Shown piece after piece: positions 49,838 through 63,945 of a DNA stretch of 64,000 bases. The position numbers were made by a program, and so were the translations under genes. The notes under the pieces were generated by a model, which was given only the letters and a program-made list of their open reading frames with translations, did not search any database and was not told where the DNA came from. Origin of the DNA: Mobula hypostoma (lineage: Eukaryota); NCBI RefSeq assembly GCF_963921235.1, contig NC_086118.1, forward strand, positions 24,492,001 through 24,556,000, read 5' to 3'. Within the stretch, counting starts at the first letter, position 1. Each line of letters opens with the position of its first letter.

Positions 49838-52800
49838 CCATAAGACCAAATGATATAGAAACAGAATTAGGCCATTCAGCCCATCGAGTCTGATCTGCCA
49901 TTTCATCATGGCTGATCCCAGATCCTACTCAACCCCATACACCTGCCCTCTCGTCATATCTCTTGATGCCCTGACCGATCAGGAAACTATCAACTTCCAC
50001 CTTAAGTATACGGCATAGCATTCCACAGATTTACTACCCTCTGGCTAAAAAAATACCTCCTTACCTCCATTCTAAAGGGTCACCCCTCAATTTTGAGGCT
50101 GTGCCCTCTAGTTCTGGATACTCCCACCACAGGAAAGATCCTCTCCACATCCACCCTATCTAGTCCTTTCAACATTCAGTAGCTTTCAATGAGATTCCCC
50201 CGCATTCTTCTAAATTCCAGGGAGTACAGGCCCAAAGCTGCCAAACGCTCCTCATATGTTAGCTCCTTCATTCCCGGAATCTTTCTCGTGAACCTCCTCT
50301 GTACTCTGTCCAATGACAACACATCCTTTCTGAGATGTGGGACCCAAAACTGTTAACAATACTCCAAATGCCGCCTGACTAGTGTCTTATAAAGGCTCAG
50401 CATTATCTCCTTGCTTTTATATTCTATTCCCCTTGAAATAAATGCAAACATTACATTTGCCTCTTTTACCATAGACTCAAACTGTAAATTAACCTTCTGG
50501 GAATCTTGCACGAAGACTCCTAAATCCCTCTGCGCTTCTGATTTTTGAAACTTCTGCACATTTAGATAATAGTCTGTACTATCATTCCCTTTACCAAAAT
50601 GCATTATCATATATTTCCCAACACTGTATCCCATCTGCCACTTTTTTCCTATTTTTCCAATTTGTCTAAATCCTGTAGCAATTGCATTGCTTCCTCAGAC
50701 TACCTATCCCTCCACTTATCTTCATATCATCAAGACAAGTCAAGTCAAGTCACTTTTTATTGTCATTTCAACCATAACTGCTGGTACAGAACATAGTAAA
50801 AATGAGACAACGTTTTCCAGGACCATGGTGCTACATGAAACAATACAAAAACTACACGGAACTACGTAAGAAAAAACACAAAATCTACACTAGACTACAG
50901 ACCTATCCAGGACTGCATAAAGTGCACAAAACAGTGCAGGCACTACGATAAATAATAATAAATAATAAACAAGACACTAGGAACAGTAGAGAGTACAGTA
51001 GGTTGGTGTCAGCCCCAGCTCTGGGTATTGAGGAGTCTGATGGCTTGGGGGAAGAAACTGGTACATAGTCTCGTCATGAGAGCCTGAATGCTTTGGTGCC
51101 TTTTTCCAGGTGGCAGGAGGGAGAAGAGTTTATATGAGGGGTGCGTGGGGTCTTTCATAATGCTGTTTGCTTTGCAGATGCAGCGTGTGGTGTAAATGTC
51201 TGTGATGGCGGGAAGAGAGACCCCGATGATCTTCTCAGTTGACCTCACTATTCGCTGCAGGGTCTTGCGATCCGAGATGGTGCAATTTCCAAACCAGGCC
51301 GTGATGCAGCTGTTCAGGAGGCTCTCAATACAACCTCTGCAGAATGTGGTGAGGATGGAGGGTGGGAGATGGACTTCTCTCAGCCTTTGCAGAAAGTAGA
51401 GACGCTGCTGGGCTTTCTTTGCTATGAAGCTGGTGTTGAGGGACCAGGTGAGATTCTCCGCCAGCTGAACACCAAGAAATTTGGTGCTCTTAACGATCTC
51501 TACGGAGGAGTCATCGATGTTCAGCGGAGAATGGTCGCTCCGTGTCCTCCTGAAGTCAAAAACCATCTCTTTTGTTTTGTTCACATTCAGAGACAGGTTG
51601 TTGGCTCTGCACCAGTCCATTAGCCGCTGCACCTCCTCTCTGTATGCTGACTCATCATTCTTGCTGATGAGACCCACCACGGTCGTGTCATTGTCGAACT
51701 TGATGATGTGGTTCGAGCTGTGTATTGTTGCGCAGTTGTGGGTCAGCAGAGTGAACAGCAGTGGACTGAGCACACAGCCCTGGGGGGGCCCCAGTGCTCA
51801 GTGTGATGGTGTTGGAGATGCTGCTTCCAATCGGGACTGACTGAGGTCTCCCAGTCAGGAAGTCTAGGAACCAGTTGCAGAGGGAGGTGTTCAGGCCCAG
51901 TAGGCTCAGCTTTCCAATCAGTTTCTGAGGAATGATTGTGTTGAATGCTGAACTGAAGTCTATGAACAGCATTTGAACATACATGTCTTTTTTGTCCAGG
52001 TGGGTTGGGGCCAGGTGGAAGGTGATGGCAAAGGCATCGTCTGTTGAACGGTTGGGACGGTACGCGAACTGCAGGGGGTCCAGTGAGGGGGGGCAGCAGG
52101 GTCTTGATGTGCCTCAAGACGAGCCTTTCGAAACACTTCATGATGATGGATGTGAGTGCATCGGGACAGTAATCATTGAGGCAGGACACTGAAGACTTCT
52201 CCGGCACAGGGACGATGGTGACGGCCTTGAAGCATGTAGGAACAACAGTGCTGCTCAGGGAGATGTTGAAGATGCAAGCTTTGCCACAAAGCCATCAATT
52301 CCATTATCATAATCGCTAACAAACCATTTAAGAAGCAACAGTCCCAATACTGACCCCTGAAGAATACCACTAATCACCAGCAGCCAACTAGAAAAGGCCC
52401 CTTCTATTTCCACTCATTGCCTTCTGCCTGTCAGCCATTCCACTATCCATGCCAATATCTTTCCTGTAACACGATAGGATTTTATCTTCTTAAGCAACTT
52501 TATGTGTGCCACCTTATCAAATGCCTTCTGAAAATCCAGGTAAATGACATCTACTGCCTCTCCTTTGTCCACCCTACGTGTTACTTTCTAGAAGAATTCT
52601 TAACAGATTTGTCAAGCAAGATTTCCCTTTGCAGAAACCATGCTGACTTTGACTTATTTTGTCATTAGTCTCCAAGTACCTCGAAACCTCATCCTTAATA
52701 ATAGACTCCAACACTTTCCCAACAAATAAGGTTAGGCTAACTGGCCTATAATTTCCTTTATTTTGCCATCCTCCCTCCTTAAAGAGTGGAGTGACATTTG

Positions 52801-53268
52801 CAACATTCCAGTCCTCTGGGACCATGGCAGAATCAAGTGATTCTTGAAAGATCATGACCCTTGCATCCATTATCTCTTAAGCAACCTCTCTAAGGACTCT
52901 GGGATGTAGTCCATCTGGCCCCAGGTGACTTATCCACCTTGAGGCCTTTGAGTTAGCCTAGCACTTTTTCCTTCATAATAGCAATGGCACTCACTCCGGC
53001 TCCCTGACACTCATGGACATCTGGCTCACCACTAGTGTTTTCCACAGTGAAGGCAGATGCAAAGTACCCATAAAGTTCATCTACCATTTCGTTGTCCCCA
53101 TTACTACCTCACCAGCATCATTTTCCAGTGGTCCAATATCAACTCTCACCTCCCTTTTACTCTTTATATAACTGGAAAAAAACTTTTGGTTTTCTGCTTC
53201 ATATTATTGGCTAGTCTGCCCCCATATTTCATCTTTTCCCTTCTTATAGCTTTTTTAGTTGCTTTTTG
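49838..53268 (-). mobile_element. CR1 ORF2 fragment interrupted by a Rex1 element
   Basis: VPEDWNVANVTPLFK..NYRPVSLT..SQHGFCKGKSCLTNLL (52574-52870); QRDLGV..LYKTLVRRHLEYC (50353-50634). Confidence 0.9.
50730..52272 (-). mobile_element. Rex1/Babar LINE (RT), relatively young
   Basis: [54 protein letters not shown]; (GACTT)n tail at 50731-50751. Confidence 0.95.
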
Positions 53269-55004
53269 ATGTCATAGTTCGGGGCGCCAGGTGTTACATT
53301 GAATTGTAGCTGACAATGACAAGAGACAGGGAAGAAAGGGTGGATTGCTTCTGACTAAAGAGCTGTCCAGATCTTTATATCAAGGATTATACATGTTTAT
53401 GGGAAGCAAAATCATATCACTACTAATTTTAATTTCTGGCTCGCCAACATCTGTTCACATTACGTCCATTAATCATTCACTAGTTCACATTGTTGAACTG
53501 TCTGGGTCTTCTTTTACTTATGCTGGAAAAATTAGATACTTTTTTTTTCTTCCCAGAGCCATTCACTGAAGTGGTCCTCTTTCCAATCCTTGCAATATTT
53601 TGCTAATGGCACTCTGCCATATTGATTCAGACCAACTCCCAATCACTGTTTGCTTTGTTGTTCAGTCTGAAGTCCGTCTCCTCCTATGTTTTCTTATCAA
53701 AGAGACCGACTCACTCTTCGGTGCACAGAGTTTGCCAAAGTGCGAATATTACACATCCAAAAAACTGTCAACAAGATTCAATGTTCCCTGGAAGAAATCA
53801 ATCCATTTGTTTGCAAGACTTTCCACCTAAATATTCATTACAATTCCTTCATACTCCACAATTAGAGCCTAGGAAATTATTATTGTCTCTTTCAGAGACT
53901 TCATCCACAACAAAAATAAGATTCATTGGGAGTTCGTTGTCTGAAGATTGGTGTTAGTGCCTTTGATCATAATTTTATTTCTAATCAAGGCTGTTTTACA
54001 AACACATTTTAAATATAATTACATAAAAACCACAAGGGTGTGATGATTTATTTTCCTTTGAGTATGTTAAAAAGTATCTTACCTCAAATTCCTAATTTTT
54101 TTATATCATCTTGCTTTCACCTTCACCCTTCCGCTGTATTATAATCCTCTCCACTATCAGTGAAAAATTACATCTTTCTAGTTTTGGATTTCCAGCATCT
54201 GCAGACTCTCCCATCTAGCTAATATATTTGTTATTTCTTCGTTATGTGGCAGTGTTCTGAAATCCGTGCTTAGTTTTCCTACATTTTATAATCTCTACAA
54301 AATGGATGTGAAGAATGGAGGGAAGCATAGGTACCCATTAAGTGAAAAGTAAGAAATATGTAAACTATATATTGATGCTTAAATGTTTAACTTTTTGGAA
54401 TAAATCCTGTAACTTCACTACAGTACAGTAGGACTACCCACATTTTGTAGAATTTCAGAAGTTCAAGGTGTAGATCACCACAGCCTTCACAAGGGCAACA
54501 ACGGTTGGGCAATGAATCCCGGGCTTGCCTGAGACGTCCATGTGATGAAAAAAATAGACAACAGAAAAGAAAGTGCCTCTACAAAAGCAGTTAAACTTAA
54601 CTTGTTTCTGGCCGTATTGTCTCATCCAGTTTCAGGCTAGTAAAGAAACAGAACGAGTGGGAGAGCTAAATGCCATAGATGTCATCATCGTTACAATTAT
54701 TCGTCTTGGAAATAATTCTCAGTCCTCTGTTCAGCAATGCTGTTGTACATTTACATAAATGGGTTTGCTCAGCTGAAATAGACAATGTAACACCCAGCTT
54801 TTCTCTTTAAAACATTTTATTCAGAACTACTCCTTGCAAATAACTCAGTGGGAGTTGCACTTGCTTTAAGCCTTTGTGGCTACAACCCTCAACCAGGTGG
54901 AGTTTTAAGTAAGTCCAGTGCAAGCCAAAGAGCCAATTGTGGCTGCAGATGCAATATCTATTCAGTTCTGCTTCCAATTGCTTGACTGAAGTTGTATCAA
55001 TAAA

Positions 55005-57140
55005 CCATAAGACCAAAAGACGTAGGAGCAGAATTAGGCCATTGGTCCATCTAGTCTGCTCCACCATTCAATCATGGTTGATCCTTTTTTCCCCTCTCAG
55101 CCCTACTCCCCAGACTTCTCCCCATAACCTTTGATGTCGTGGCCAATCAAGAACCTATCAATCTTCGCCTTAAATACACCCAATAACCTGGCCACAAATT
55201 CACCACCCTCTGGCTAAAGAAATGTCTCTACATCTCTGTTTTTCATGGAAGCCCCTCTATCCTGAGGGCTGTGCCCTCTTTTCCTAGACTCTCCCAACAT
55301 GGGAAACATCCTTTCTATACCTGTCTAGGCCTTTCAACATTCGAAAGGTTTCAGTGAGATTCCCCTTCATCCATCTAAATTCCATCGAGTACAGGCCCAG
55401 AGCCATCAAACATTCCTCATATGATAACCCTTTCATTCCCAGAATGAACACTCTCTGAACACCCTTCAATGCCTGCACATCTTTGCTTAGATAAGGAATT
55501 GTTCACAAACCTCAAGGTGAGGCCTTATAAAGCCTCAGCATCACATCCTTTCTCTTGTATTCTAGACCTCTTGAAATGAATGCTAACGTTGTGTTTGCCA
55601 CCGACTCACCACCAACTGAACCTGCAAGTTAACTTTTAGGGTGTTCTGCACAAGGACTCCCAAGTCCCTCTGCATCTCAGATTCCTGGATTTTCTCTCCA
55701 TTTAGAAAATAGTCTGCACTTTTATTTCTTCTACCAAAGTACATGACCATGCATTTTCCAACATTGTATTTCATTTGCCACTTTCTTGCCCATTCTCCTA
55801 ATCTGTCTAGGTCCTTCTGGAGCCTTCCTGATTCCTCAACATTACATGCACCTCCGTGAACCTTCATATCATCTGCAAACTTGGCAACAAAGCCATCTAT
55901 TCCATCATCTAAATCATTAATATAGAACATAAAAAGAAGTTGTCCCAGCACCAACCCCTGCAGAACACCACTAGTCACTGGAAGCCAACCTGAAAAGGAT
56001 CCTTTTATTCCCACTCGCTGCCCCCTACTATTCAGCCAATGCTCTAACCATGCCAGTAACTTTCCTGTAATACCATGGGCTTTTAACTTCATAAATAGCC
56101 TCATGTGTGGCACCTTGTCAAAGGCTTTCTGAAAATCCAAGTATACAACATCGATTATATCTCCTTTATCTATCGTACTTGTAATCTCCTCAAAGAATTC
56201 CGACAGGATTGTCAGGCAAGATTTTCTCTTAAGGAAACCATGCTTGTCCTGTGTCACCAAGTACTCCATAACCTCATCCTTAAGAGTTGACTCCAACATC
56301 TTCCCAACCACCGAGTTCAGGTCTAATATCCTTTCTGCTGCCTCGCTCCTTTCTTAAAGAGTGAAGTGACATTTGCAATTTTCAAGTCCCCTGGAACCAT
56401 GCCAGCATCCAATGATTCTTGAAAGATCATTACTAGTGCCTCCACAATCTCTACCACTACCACTTTCAGAACCCTGGGGTATATTTCATCTGATCCAGGT
56501 GACTTATCTACCCTCAGACCTTTCAGCTTCCCAAACACCTTCTCCTTAGTAACAGCAACTACACTCACTTCTGCTTCCCGACACTCTCAATATTTTGACA
56601 TAGTGCCAGTATCTTCCACAGTGAAGACTGAAGGAAAATACTCATTTTGTTCATCTGCCACGTTCTTATCCCCATTACTATTTCTCTGGCCTCATTTTCT
56701 AACAGTCCTGTGTCCACTCTCATCTCTCTTTTATTTTTAATATACTTGAAAAAGCTTTTTCTAACCACCTTGATACTGGTTGCTAGCTTGCTTTCATATT
56801 TCATCTTTTCCCTCCTAATGATTCTTTTAGATGCCCTCTGTAGGTTTCCCAATCCTCTATCTTTCCACTAATTTTTTGCTTTTAGTTTTGACTTCCCTTG
56901 CCAGCCATGGTTATACTATTTTGCTATTTGAGTATTTCTTTTTTTTTATTACATCTGTGCTGCATCTTCCTTATTTTGCCCAGAAACTCAAGCCATTGCT
57001 GCTCTGCTGTCATCTCTGCCAGCATCTCCTTCCAATTTACTTTGGCCACCTGATTAAGCTGAACTCAAGCACATTGTGATCGGTGCCGCAAAGGGTTCCT
57101 TTACCTCAAGCTCCCTAATCGCCTTCAGTCCATTACATAA
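55005..57140 (-). mobile_element. CR1 ORF2 fragment with 3' end
   Basis: DVVYLDFQKAFDKVPH, VTSGVLQG, KFADD (55583-56311); ccataagaccaaaagacgtaggagcagaattaggcc tail. Confidence 0.93.
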
Positions 57141-59479
57141 CAGTCAAACCATCAACAGCATCAAAAGTAGAAGAAATCTGCCCATCTCTCACAGGGACTA
57201 CTTGATATATTTACTTAGACTTCCTTTCTCTTTCCTTCTGAAACAAGTACATGATGTTGCTAGCTTACCAAACAATCACAGATTAAGTTCAAATGTTTAA
57301 ATATTAATTTAGTCATTGATAATCACTATGGAAAGAAGGAAAACTGCAGGAAACTTTGTTTTAAGCTGCCAGGGAAACCAAGCAGCAGCAGAGTGGGCAT
57401 ATGCTGATCTTGCTGCAAATCCACGCGCCTACTTGATTTTGCTCTGACTCTACTTGCCCTCTGCAGTTGCACAGAGTGAGATGCACACAGTCGTGGTGTG
57501 TTCGTAAACCTGTTCACAAATCTGCGTTAATCAGGTAGTTGCTAGAAAAGTAATTTTGTCCGGGAAGTCATTGGCTTAGTTTAATCTTTATGAAGCCACA
57601 TGCAACATTCCCTGCAGCTGTTTGCAATTCTGTCTACCTTAGCTTGATCAGAATTGATCTTCTTTTGGTGTTCTTTTGAGCTCTTCACTGTATGAAATCT
57701 TGATAAAAAGTTTAAGAGCTAAATGTATAAAGTATATTATCAAATGATTTATTGTCGATACGATTGTTCAAGTTGTTTGGTTGCTTTGCCGTTCAAAAAC
57801 TTCAAATTTTCTATTATCTGATCCCCTCTTCCAAAGGAATATTTTGCTTTTAGTTACTTGAACTGTTTTCCCAATATAATCTTTACAATAAGTAATAGCT
57901 GTTAGTAGAATGAAAATATTGATACATCCTCAAAATGCAAATGCATACACATAAATTGTTGGTAAGATGTGACAGTTCTCTGTGACAGTTAAGCGCTGGT
58001 GCTTTCTGGCTAAACTTCGATGTGAGTATCGGTGAATCGGTTAATGTACCAGACAGAAGCAGCCACCTGAGAAGCTGTATCACAGTAAGGCACCTAACAT
58101 TCAAAGAAAGAGGAGGTGGGGAAAATAAATTATAGAGAAAAACCTCAAAATGTACAGCCCTTCTACAAAAGGAGTTAAAAAAGAAATAAGGAAAGGAACT
58201 CTCATCTCCAGGTGGTTAATACAGTCAGGGTTATCTTCAGTGCATAATAATTTCCCGATATTCCTCTGCCAGATATTTCATATATGTGGACAGGGTGTTC
58301 CATTTTCAGTATTAAAATGATGTTCCCTCAGTATAAATTATTTGTATTCGTCAGCAATGATCTAATTGAATGATGATACAACCTTAATAAACACATACCT
58401 ACACCCTGTCCCATGATCCTTCCCCACCTTTTTTGTTAGTTTAAAAGAGTCTTGGCTGAAATATTTCCATATGCATTGCAGAGGAATGAAGAGTCATTGC
58501 ACAGTCCAACACAGCTGGGTCAGGAAGATGAGGAACATCCAGTTCTGCTTTTTTTTCCAATTAGTGATTTGAATGGATGGAACTACCTCAGTTGGTCCCT
58601 CTCATTGAATCTTTTTCAAAACTAATGAAGAACTAACTTCCATCACACATTTTGTTAATCAGTCCTGACCCTGCCGAAATCTCTGGAGAGTTCTGTGAGG
58701 AATTTTGCTTCAGAAGATCAAAGCTGAGACATTATCCCTTCCCCGTGCTGCTGTCATCCTTCTGAGCGGGGTGTTGCAGGGAAAATGTTGTAAAGCCGAG
58801 ATATTTGATGAGAAAGCTCTGAGATGTGATTTTTGGCAGCTTTTAATCAAAAACCACGCAGGTGGGGTTGTGTATCTTTCACATTCGAAGAGAAAAATAA
58901 ATATGCAGCTGCATAAATTGAAACATTAACTTAGAAGGTAAAACAGCCTGTTCTCCGAATGGGAACTTATCTACATCCTTTAACAAAATTATTCCAAAGG
59001 TGATGAGGTTTGGTGAACTTAATGAAATCGCTCATAAGGCAGAGCATACAATGCTAAAATGCCCATTAGGTTATTTCAGTGAGGAAGTCAATGGATGATC
59101 CATGTCAGAAAATAAAAAAATGTTATTTCAGGAATATAGAGGGCACTGTTCCGAAGTTAGGGGTCGAAGCTCCTTAGAAATTAGAAGGAAATACTGATAT
59201 TATTTACAGTACTGTAGGGGCCAAAGTGGTACAATGGACCATCACAATTTTCTCCACTTTGTGAGGTGAGTTTTAAAACAGCACCATGTCCCCAATTTGT
59301 GCATGATGTAAGCAACCCAGATCTGTCCACCATTTATTGGTCTGTGTGCTTGGGCATCCTTTTCCAATATCGTGCTGCGTGTGATGCAGGAAGTCTTTGG
59401 GAAAGACTGCATATCCTGAAACCGATTCCCTTCCTGCTGAATGTCTCAGTAACATTAGTATTGCAAGGAATGTACATGT

Positions 59480-59790
59480 TGTGAGGTTTTATCAAAAGAC
59501 CACTTCGCTCCACATAGCCAGGTTCAATCCTACTGGTTGTGTGGCGTTTCCTCTGTTATGCCATCCACGTGTGTTTCAGTCGGCGCTCTGGTCCCTTCTG
59601 TGTCCTGAAAACTTTTGAGTTGATTGTATAATTGGCCACTGCGCTTCCCTATTGTGTCAAAGAGTGCCAGAATTTAGAGATTGATCACAATGTAGGAGAA
59701 CATTCTAGTTTTCAGGAAAAATTACTGGGGAAAAGGATTGCTCTATGGCCAAAACACACTCAATGAGCTGAAATGGCGCCCTCCTTTGTC
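59480..59790 (+). mobile_element. Degenerate V-SINE-like SINE
   Basis: ggttcaatcc B-box, cggcgctctgg, taattggccactg, gagctgaaatggc tail. Confidence 0.5.
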
Positions 59791-62789
59791 AAACAAAAGT
59801 ATGAAATTGTATAAAAGAATGAAAACATTTAGAGGTTCATTTGATCATCGTAGAATATCATGACATGCTGTAAGTTGAGATGCTTACAATTTAGGTACAA
59901 GGCAGGGTCCTCAGATAGTATTTTCAGTGGCTCCTTGAAATTTGTGTAAGCCAGAAACCAAAGGAAGCTGACAGCATTCTTGCTTTTCTGTATTGAAGCC
60001 ATCTTGTTTGGTATCCATGTCTTGATGAATGAGTGGAAAAATTGCAGTATTTACCCTTGCCTGCTTCACAGTAACCACAGCTTCCACTTTCCATTTAGCA
60101 TCTCACAGAGTGGGCCAGTGTCTCCCTTCTAAATTGCAATTCAGGTACATAAGGTTCTTTGTAGTTCCTGCGGGTTTTTCTTTGGTGTGCTTCAAGTACT
60201 GCCACTTATGTTGGGCCGAACTAACAACAGACAACCTTCACTGAAGGCACACATTCTGAACCGATGGCAAAAAGTATGTCAATGTCATGTTATATGATTC
60301 ACTTGTTCTTAAAGGTATATTAACACAGCAACCAGATAATGTAGTTGGATTTTTTTAAAGAAACACACAGAAGAGGCACATCATTAAGAAAAATAATTAT
60401 TTGAGCAAACGAACAATATTCGAAAGAGCACTGGAATTCTCTCCATACTTTGCTTCAGCACATTCTTCCAGCCTTGTCTGAAAGGCTATTCTTTCCCGTT
60501 GTAAAATATCCAGGTGATCAGGCATGGTGGATGGAAGCAGGGAGCAGTTATACTTCACTAGTCTTTAGCCAGATGCCATACTCAACGCATTGCTCCTCCC
60601 TTAGGTTATTAATCTTGGTTAAAAACAATGAGGCACCCAATGGGAAGGTCATTTCATACTGTTTATTTTCATTTAAATGTTAAAACATCTCTGTATCCTG
60701 GAAATAATGACCTTTCACATTAACTGGAGTGTGGATGTCAAAACTGCCAAGAAAGATAAGGAAACAAGAAAGCCTTTGGGAGCAACCGCCAACTACAGGA
60801 CATGGCCTTCCTGACTGCCCTAGTCCCACTATGGGCCTTCCGAATTGCAGGTCAGATGAAGACTATATTTGTGTTTGATTTCCAGCTTTAAATGGCTGTG
60901 GTACATTTAGCTCATAACAACATTGTGAAACCTGTCACTTCATGGTTAGCATTAAGTTTAGTGGTGGCTCATACTATTTCCTATCAGTTTGAGGTGAGTG
61001 ACCTTGCAGAGGATACAAATTTGTGTGCTCACGTCAATTACTCCATAAGCTGATGGGTGACTTCCCTGCAATATCTGTATGTAATAAATCTGTATAAATT
61101 CATGATGTCAGTGAAAAAATGTATTTTCCTTGCTTTCAAATTTTCAGCTTGATGAACCAGAGAACATAGCTAAAATTTTAAAAAGTCATACAAAAGTTAG
61201 TAACATCTTAAATACTTATTTTTTAAATCATTTGAGCAGGCTTCAAAAATATTCAAAAATCTCTTCCGAATACTGCTGTGGCCAAGGCATTGCTTTCTTT
61301 TCCTGTTTTCTGCACAAGCTTTCTTTGTTCAACAGAAGGGGGAGAGGAGGTAGGGGTCCCCTTTATACTTCTCTTCGGCATAGCTATTTCCTATCAGCAA
61401 TTTCCTGTCACAGGTCAGTGGTGTGATCGTCAGAGGCCAATCATAGAAGGCAGTAACAGCGACGAGAGAATCCCTCTGCTGAGCTCTGACTTCAACGTGT
61501 GTAGGCTTTACCATGGAACCACTCACTGGAAAATTCCACAGCTTAGTCTTGGAAGAGAGTTCCACAACAGCAGCCATATTATCTTTCTTCTTTGCCTGAT
61601 TCAGAAGTCTATTTGCCTAGTTATCTGAATTTTAAATTTTTTTCCTTATTCAAGAGAGGAATATTAACAGCTTGGTGCTGCTTCATATTAAGTTGACAAC
61701 AGATTTCGGTTACTTTGGCAAATTGAAATAAAATATAAGTTGATAATATTTAAAGGAAAGAGAGAGTTTGTGACCATCACTAATGTTCCATGCAATTTAT
61801 CCCGATCAGGCTCGATTCTTTTTCTCGGTTTTACTTTCATGACATATTGTCCTGCCGTACGTTCTTTGAGCTGCAATAAAGGAAGATGAAACACTCTGAA
61901 AGAAACAGTCTTCCTTCTGCACCATTGTGCATGTTTCTACATAGAACGACTCCTGCTTCAATATTACCTGTCAGCCAGCAGGTTCAATGACTATTGTAAA
62001 TTACCACTTGGTATTGGTTAAGGACAAAAAGAATCATATGGGAATTGATGGGGTGTGGGATAGAGAATGATTTGCAGCAGTACAGGGAAATAACGAGGGA
62101 GAATAGAACTAACGAGATTGTACTGCTGAGAGCTGGCATGAAACCAATGGATCGAATCACTTTCACTCGATCCACAACTAAAGGAATGTTTGCTAACAAG
62201 TTTTCTCCTTTTGCCGCAAATGCAATCTTCAAATTTACAGGGAAAACCATTGAACAAAGCAATGTGTCTTATCATGAAATTGACTCAGTTGATATCTTAA
62301 AAAAATTCAAAGGAGTCAGCTGAAAAAGTGTATAATTCAAAGTCCACTAATTTAAACATCGCACACATCTAAATTTTTGCTTTCAATTAATGGTGGAAGT
62401 CAAATTACAATCTTCACAAGGCACAGTTTTATGGAGCCATGGTGACATTGATCTTTAAGTTTCACTGATGCGTGTCAATGAGACTTACCCACTGAAGGTA
62501 TAATACCTCCGGCTATTTTAGATTATTATGTGCATTACAGACTTTCTGTTTGTCTTAGTGGGGAGTGGAACATTGTCTGGCAATCAGTCAGGGACACATT
62601 AATAAAGGTGACGTTTCAAGCAAAATAATTGCCTTCATATATCATTGCCCAGTGGGAAGACTTCTGACTTACAGTGGCTCATTTGTGGTCTGCACTTGGT
62701 TTACTAATAGACTATTTAATCCAAAATTTAGAATTATAGTTTGCAAGTTAATTCCTTGCAATCTAATAGGTGAGATTCATAATTCTAGT

Positions 62790-63090
62790 TCCATCCGTTA
62801 GTCTTGCGAGACCATGGATCTGCACCTGGAAAGTCTTCACTCTCCAGGGCGCAGGCCTGGGCAAGGTTGTATGAAAGACCAGCAGTTGCCCATGCTGCAA
62901 GTCTCCCCTCTCCACGACACCAATGTTGTCCAAGGGAAGGGCATTAGGACCCATACAGCTTGGCACCAGTGTCGTCGCAGAGCAATGTGTGATTAAGTGC
63001 CTTGCTCAAGGACACAACACATTGCCTCGGCTGGGACTCAAACTCACGATCTTCAGGTCATTAGTCCAATGCCTTAACCACTTAACCACT
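62790..63090 (-). mobile_element. tRNA-derived SINE
   Basis: Minus strand gtggttaaggcattggacta...gagtttgagtccc (A/B boxes), then tgtgtccttgagcaaggcactt. Confidence 0.8.
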
Positions 63091-63134
63091 CTGGTTCCAA
63101 AGGTAGATAGAGATACCCTGCATGGAATCAAATC

Positions 63135-63232
63135 ATCCTGTAGAAAATCTCGGCCTGAAACGTTGACTGTTAATTCATTTCCATAGATGCTGCCTGACCT
63201 GCTGAGTTCCTCCAGCATTTGGTGTGTGTTGC
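63135..63232 (+). mobile_element. Penelope 3' terminal fragment with partial hammerhead
   Basis: tctcggcctgaaacgttgactg...atagatgctgcctgacctgctgagttcctccagcattt. Confidence 0.8.
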
Positions 63233-63844
63233 TCATATAGATTAGTGTTGACTTGTATCTAGTTTAATGCTGGTGCTTTTGCCTAGTACTTAGTACGCGG
63301 GTGCGATTATACATGTCTCTAGAATTTAACTTTGAGCTTTGTTAAGAGATTGTGGATGGTCTGGAAATGGGTAAGTGGAAATAGGGATATGGTAGAGATG
63401 CAGGTAGACCTGTCAATCGAGTTGTAAGCCTTTGAATTCTTGGTAATTCAGCAGTTGTCTGTATTTTGGGATCTATTTCATAGCAATTTAATAATGCCAT
63501 AAATGAGAAATATCATTATTTGTTACGATTTTAGATGGCAGAGGTGATAATAAAATGGCAATAAAACTTATTAAGTGGACATCAGTCACACTGAGATGCA
63601 GTTTCTTTTTCACTATGATCAGAGTTTGATCTTAGCATAAAATTAAAATAACTGAGAACACAAGAGAAAGGAAGCAAAGGCCGCTCAGCCTCTCTAGCCT
63701 ACCTTTCCAATCAAGGTTGCTCCTCCCCTTGCTTTTTCCTCCTGGGGGTTGCTTTCATATCACCCTCCTTCAAATGTTTGGGTTGAGAATGCAGTCAGAT
63801 AGTTGTCAGATACAGCCGAAGCTTAAAGAGAAGCTACAAAGCTG

Positions 63845-63945
63845 TGCGTGGCCAAGTGGTTAAGGTGTTGGACTAGTGATCTGAAGGTCGTGAGTTCGAG
63901 CCTCAGCCGAGGCAGAGTGTTGTGTACTTAACCACACATTGCTCC
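63845..63945 (+). mobile_element. tRNA-like SINE head, same family as 62790-63090
   Basis: gcgtggccaagtggttaagg...gagttcgagcctcagccgaggcag-gtgttgtgt. Confidence 0.75.

Noticed and set aside
61278..62323. ORFs of 68-116 aa in unique sequence
   Set aside because: No recognisable domain and no consistent exon chain; 62045-62160 looks like a decayed SINE tail
63845..63920. tRNA gene candidate
   Set aside because: Imperfect cloverleaf, and it continues into SINE body sequence shared with 62790-63090
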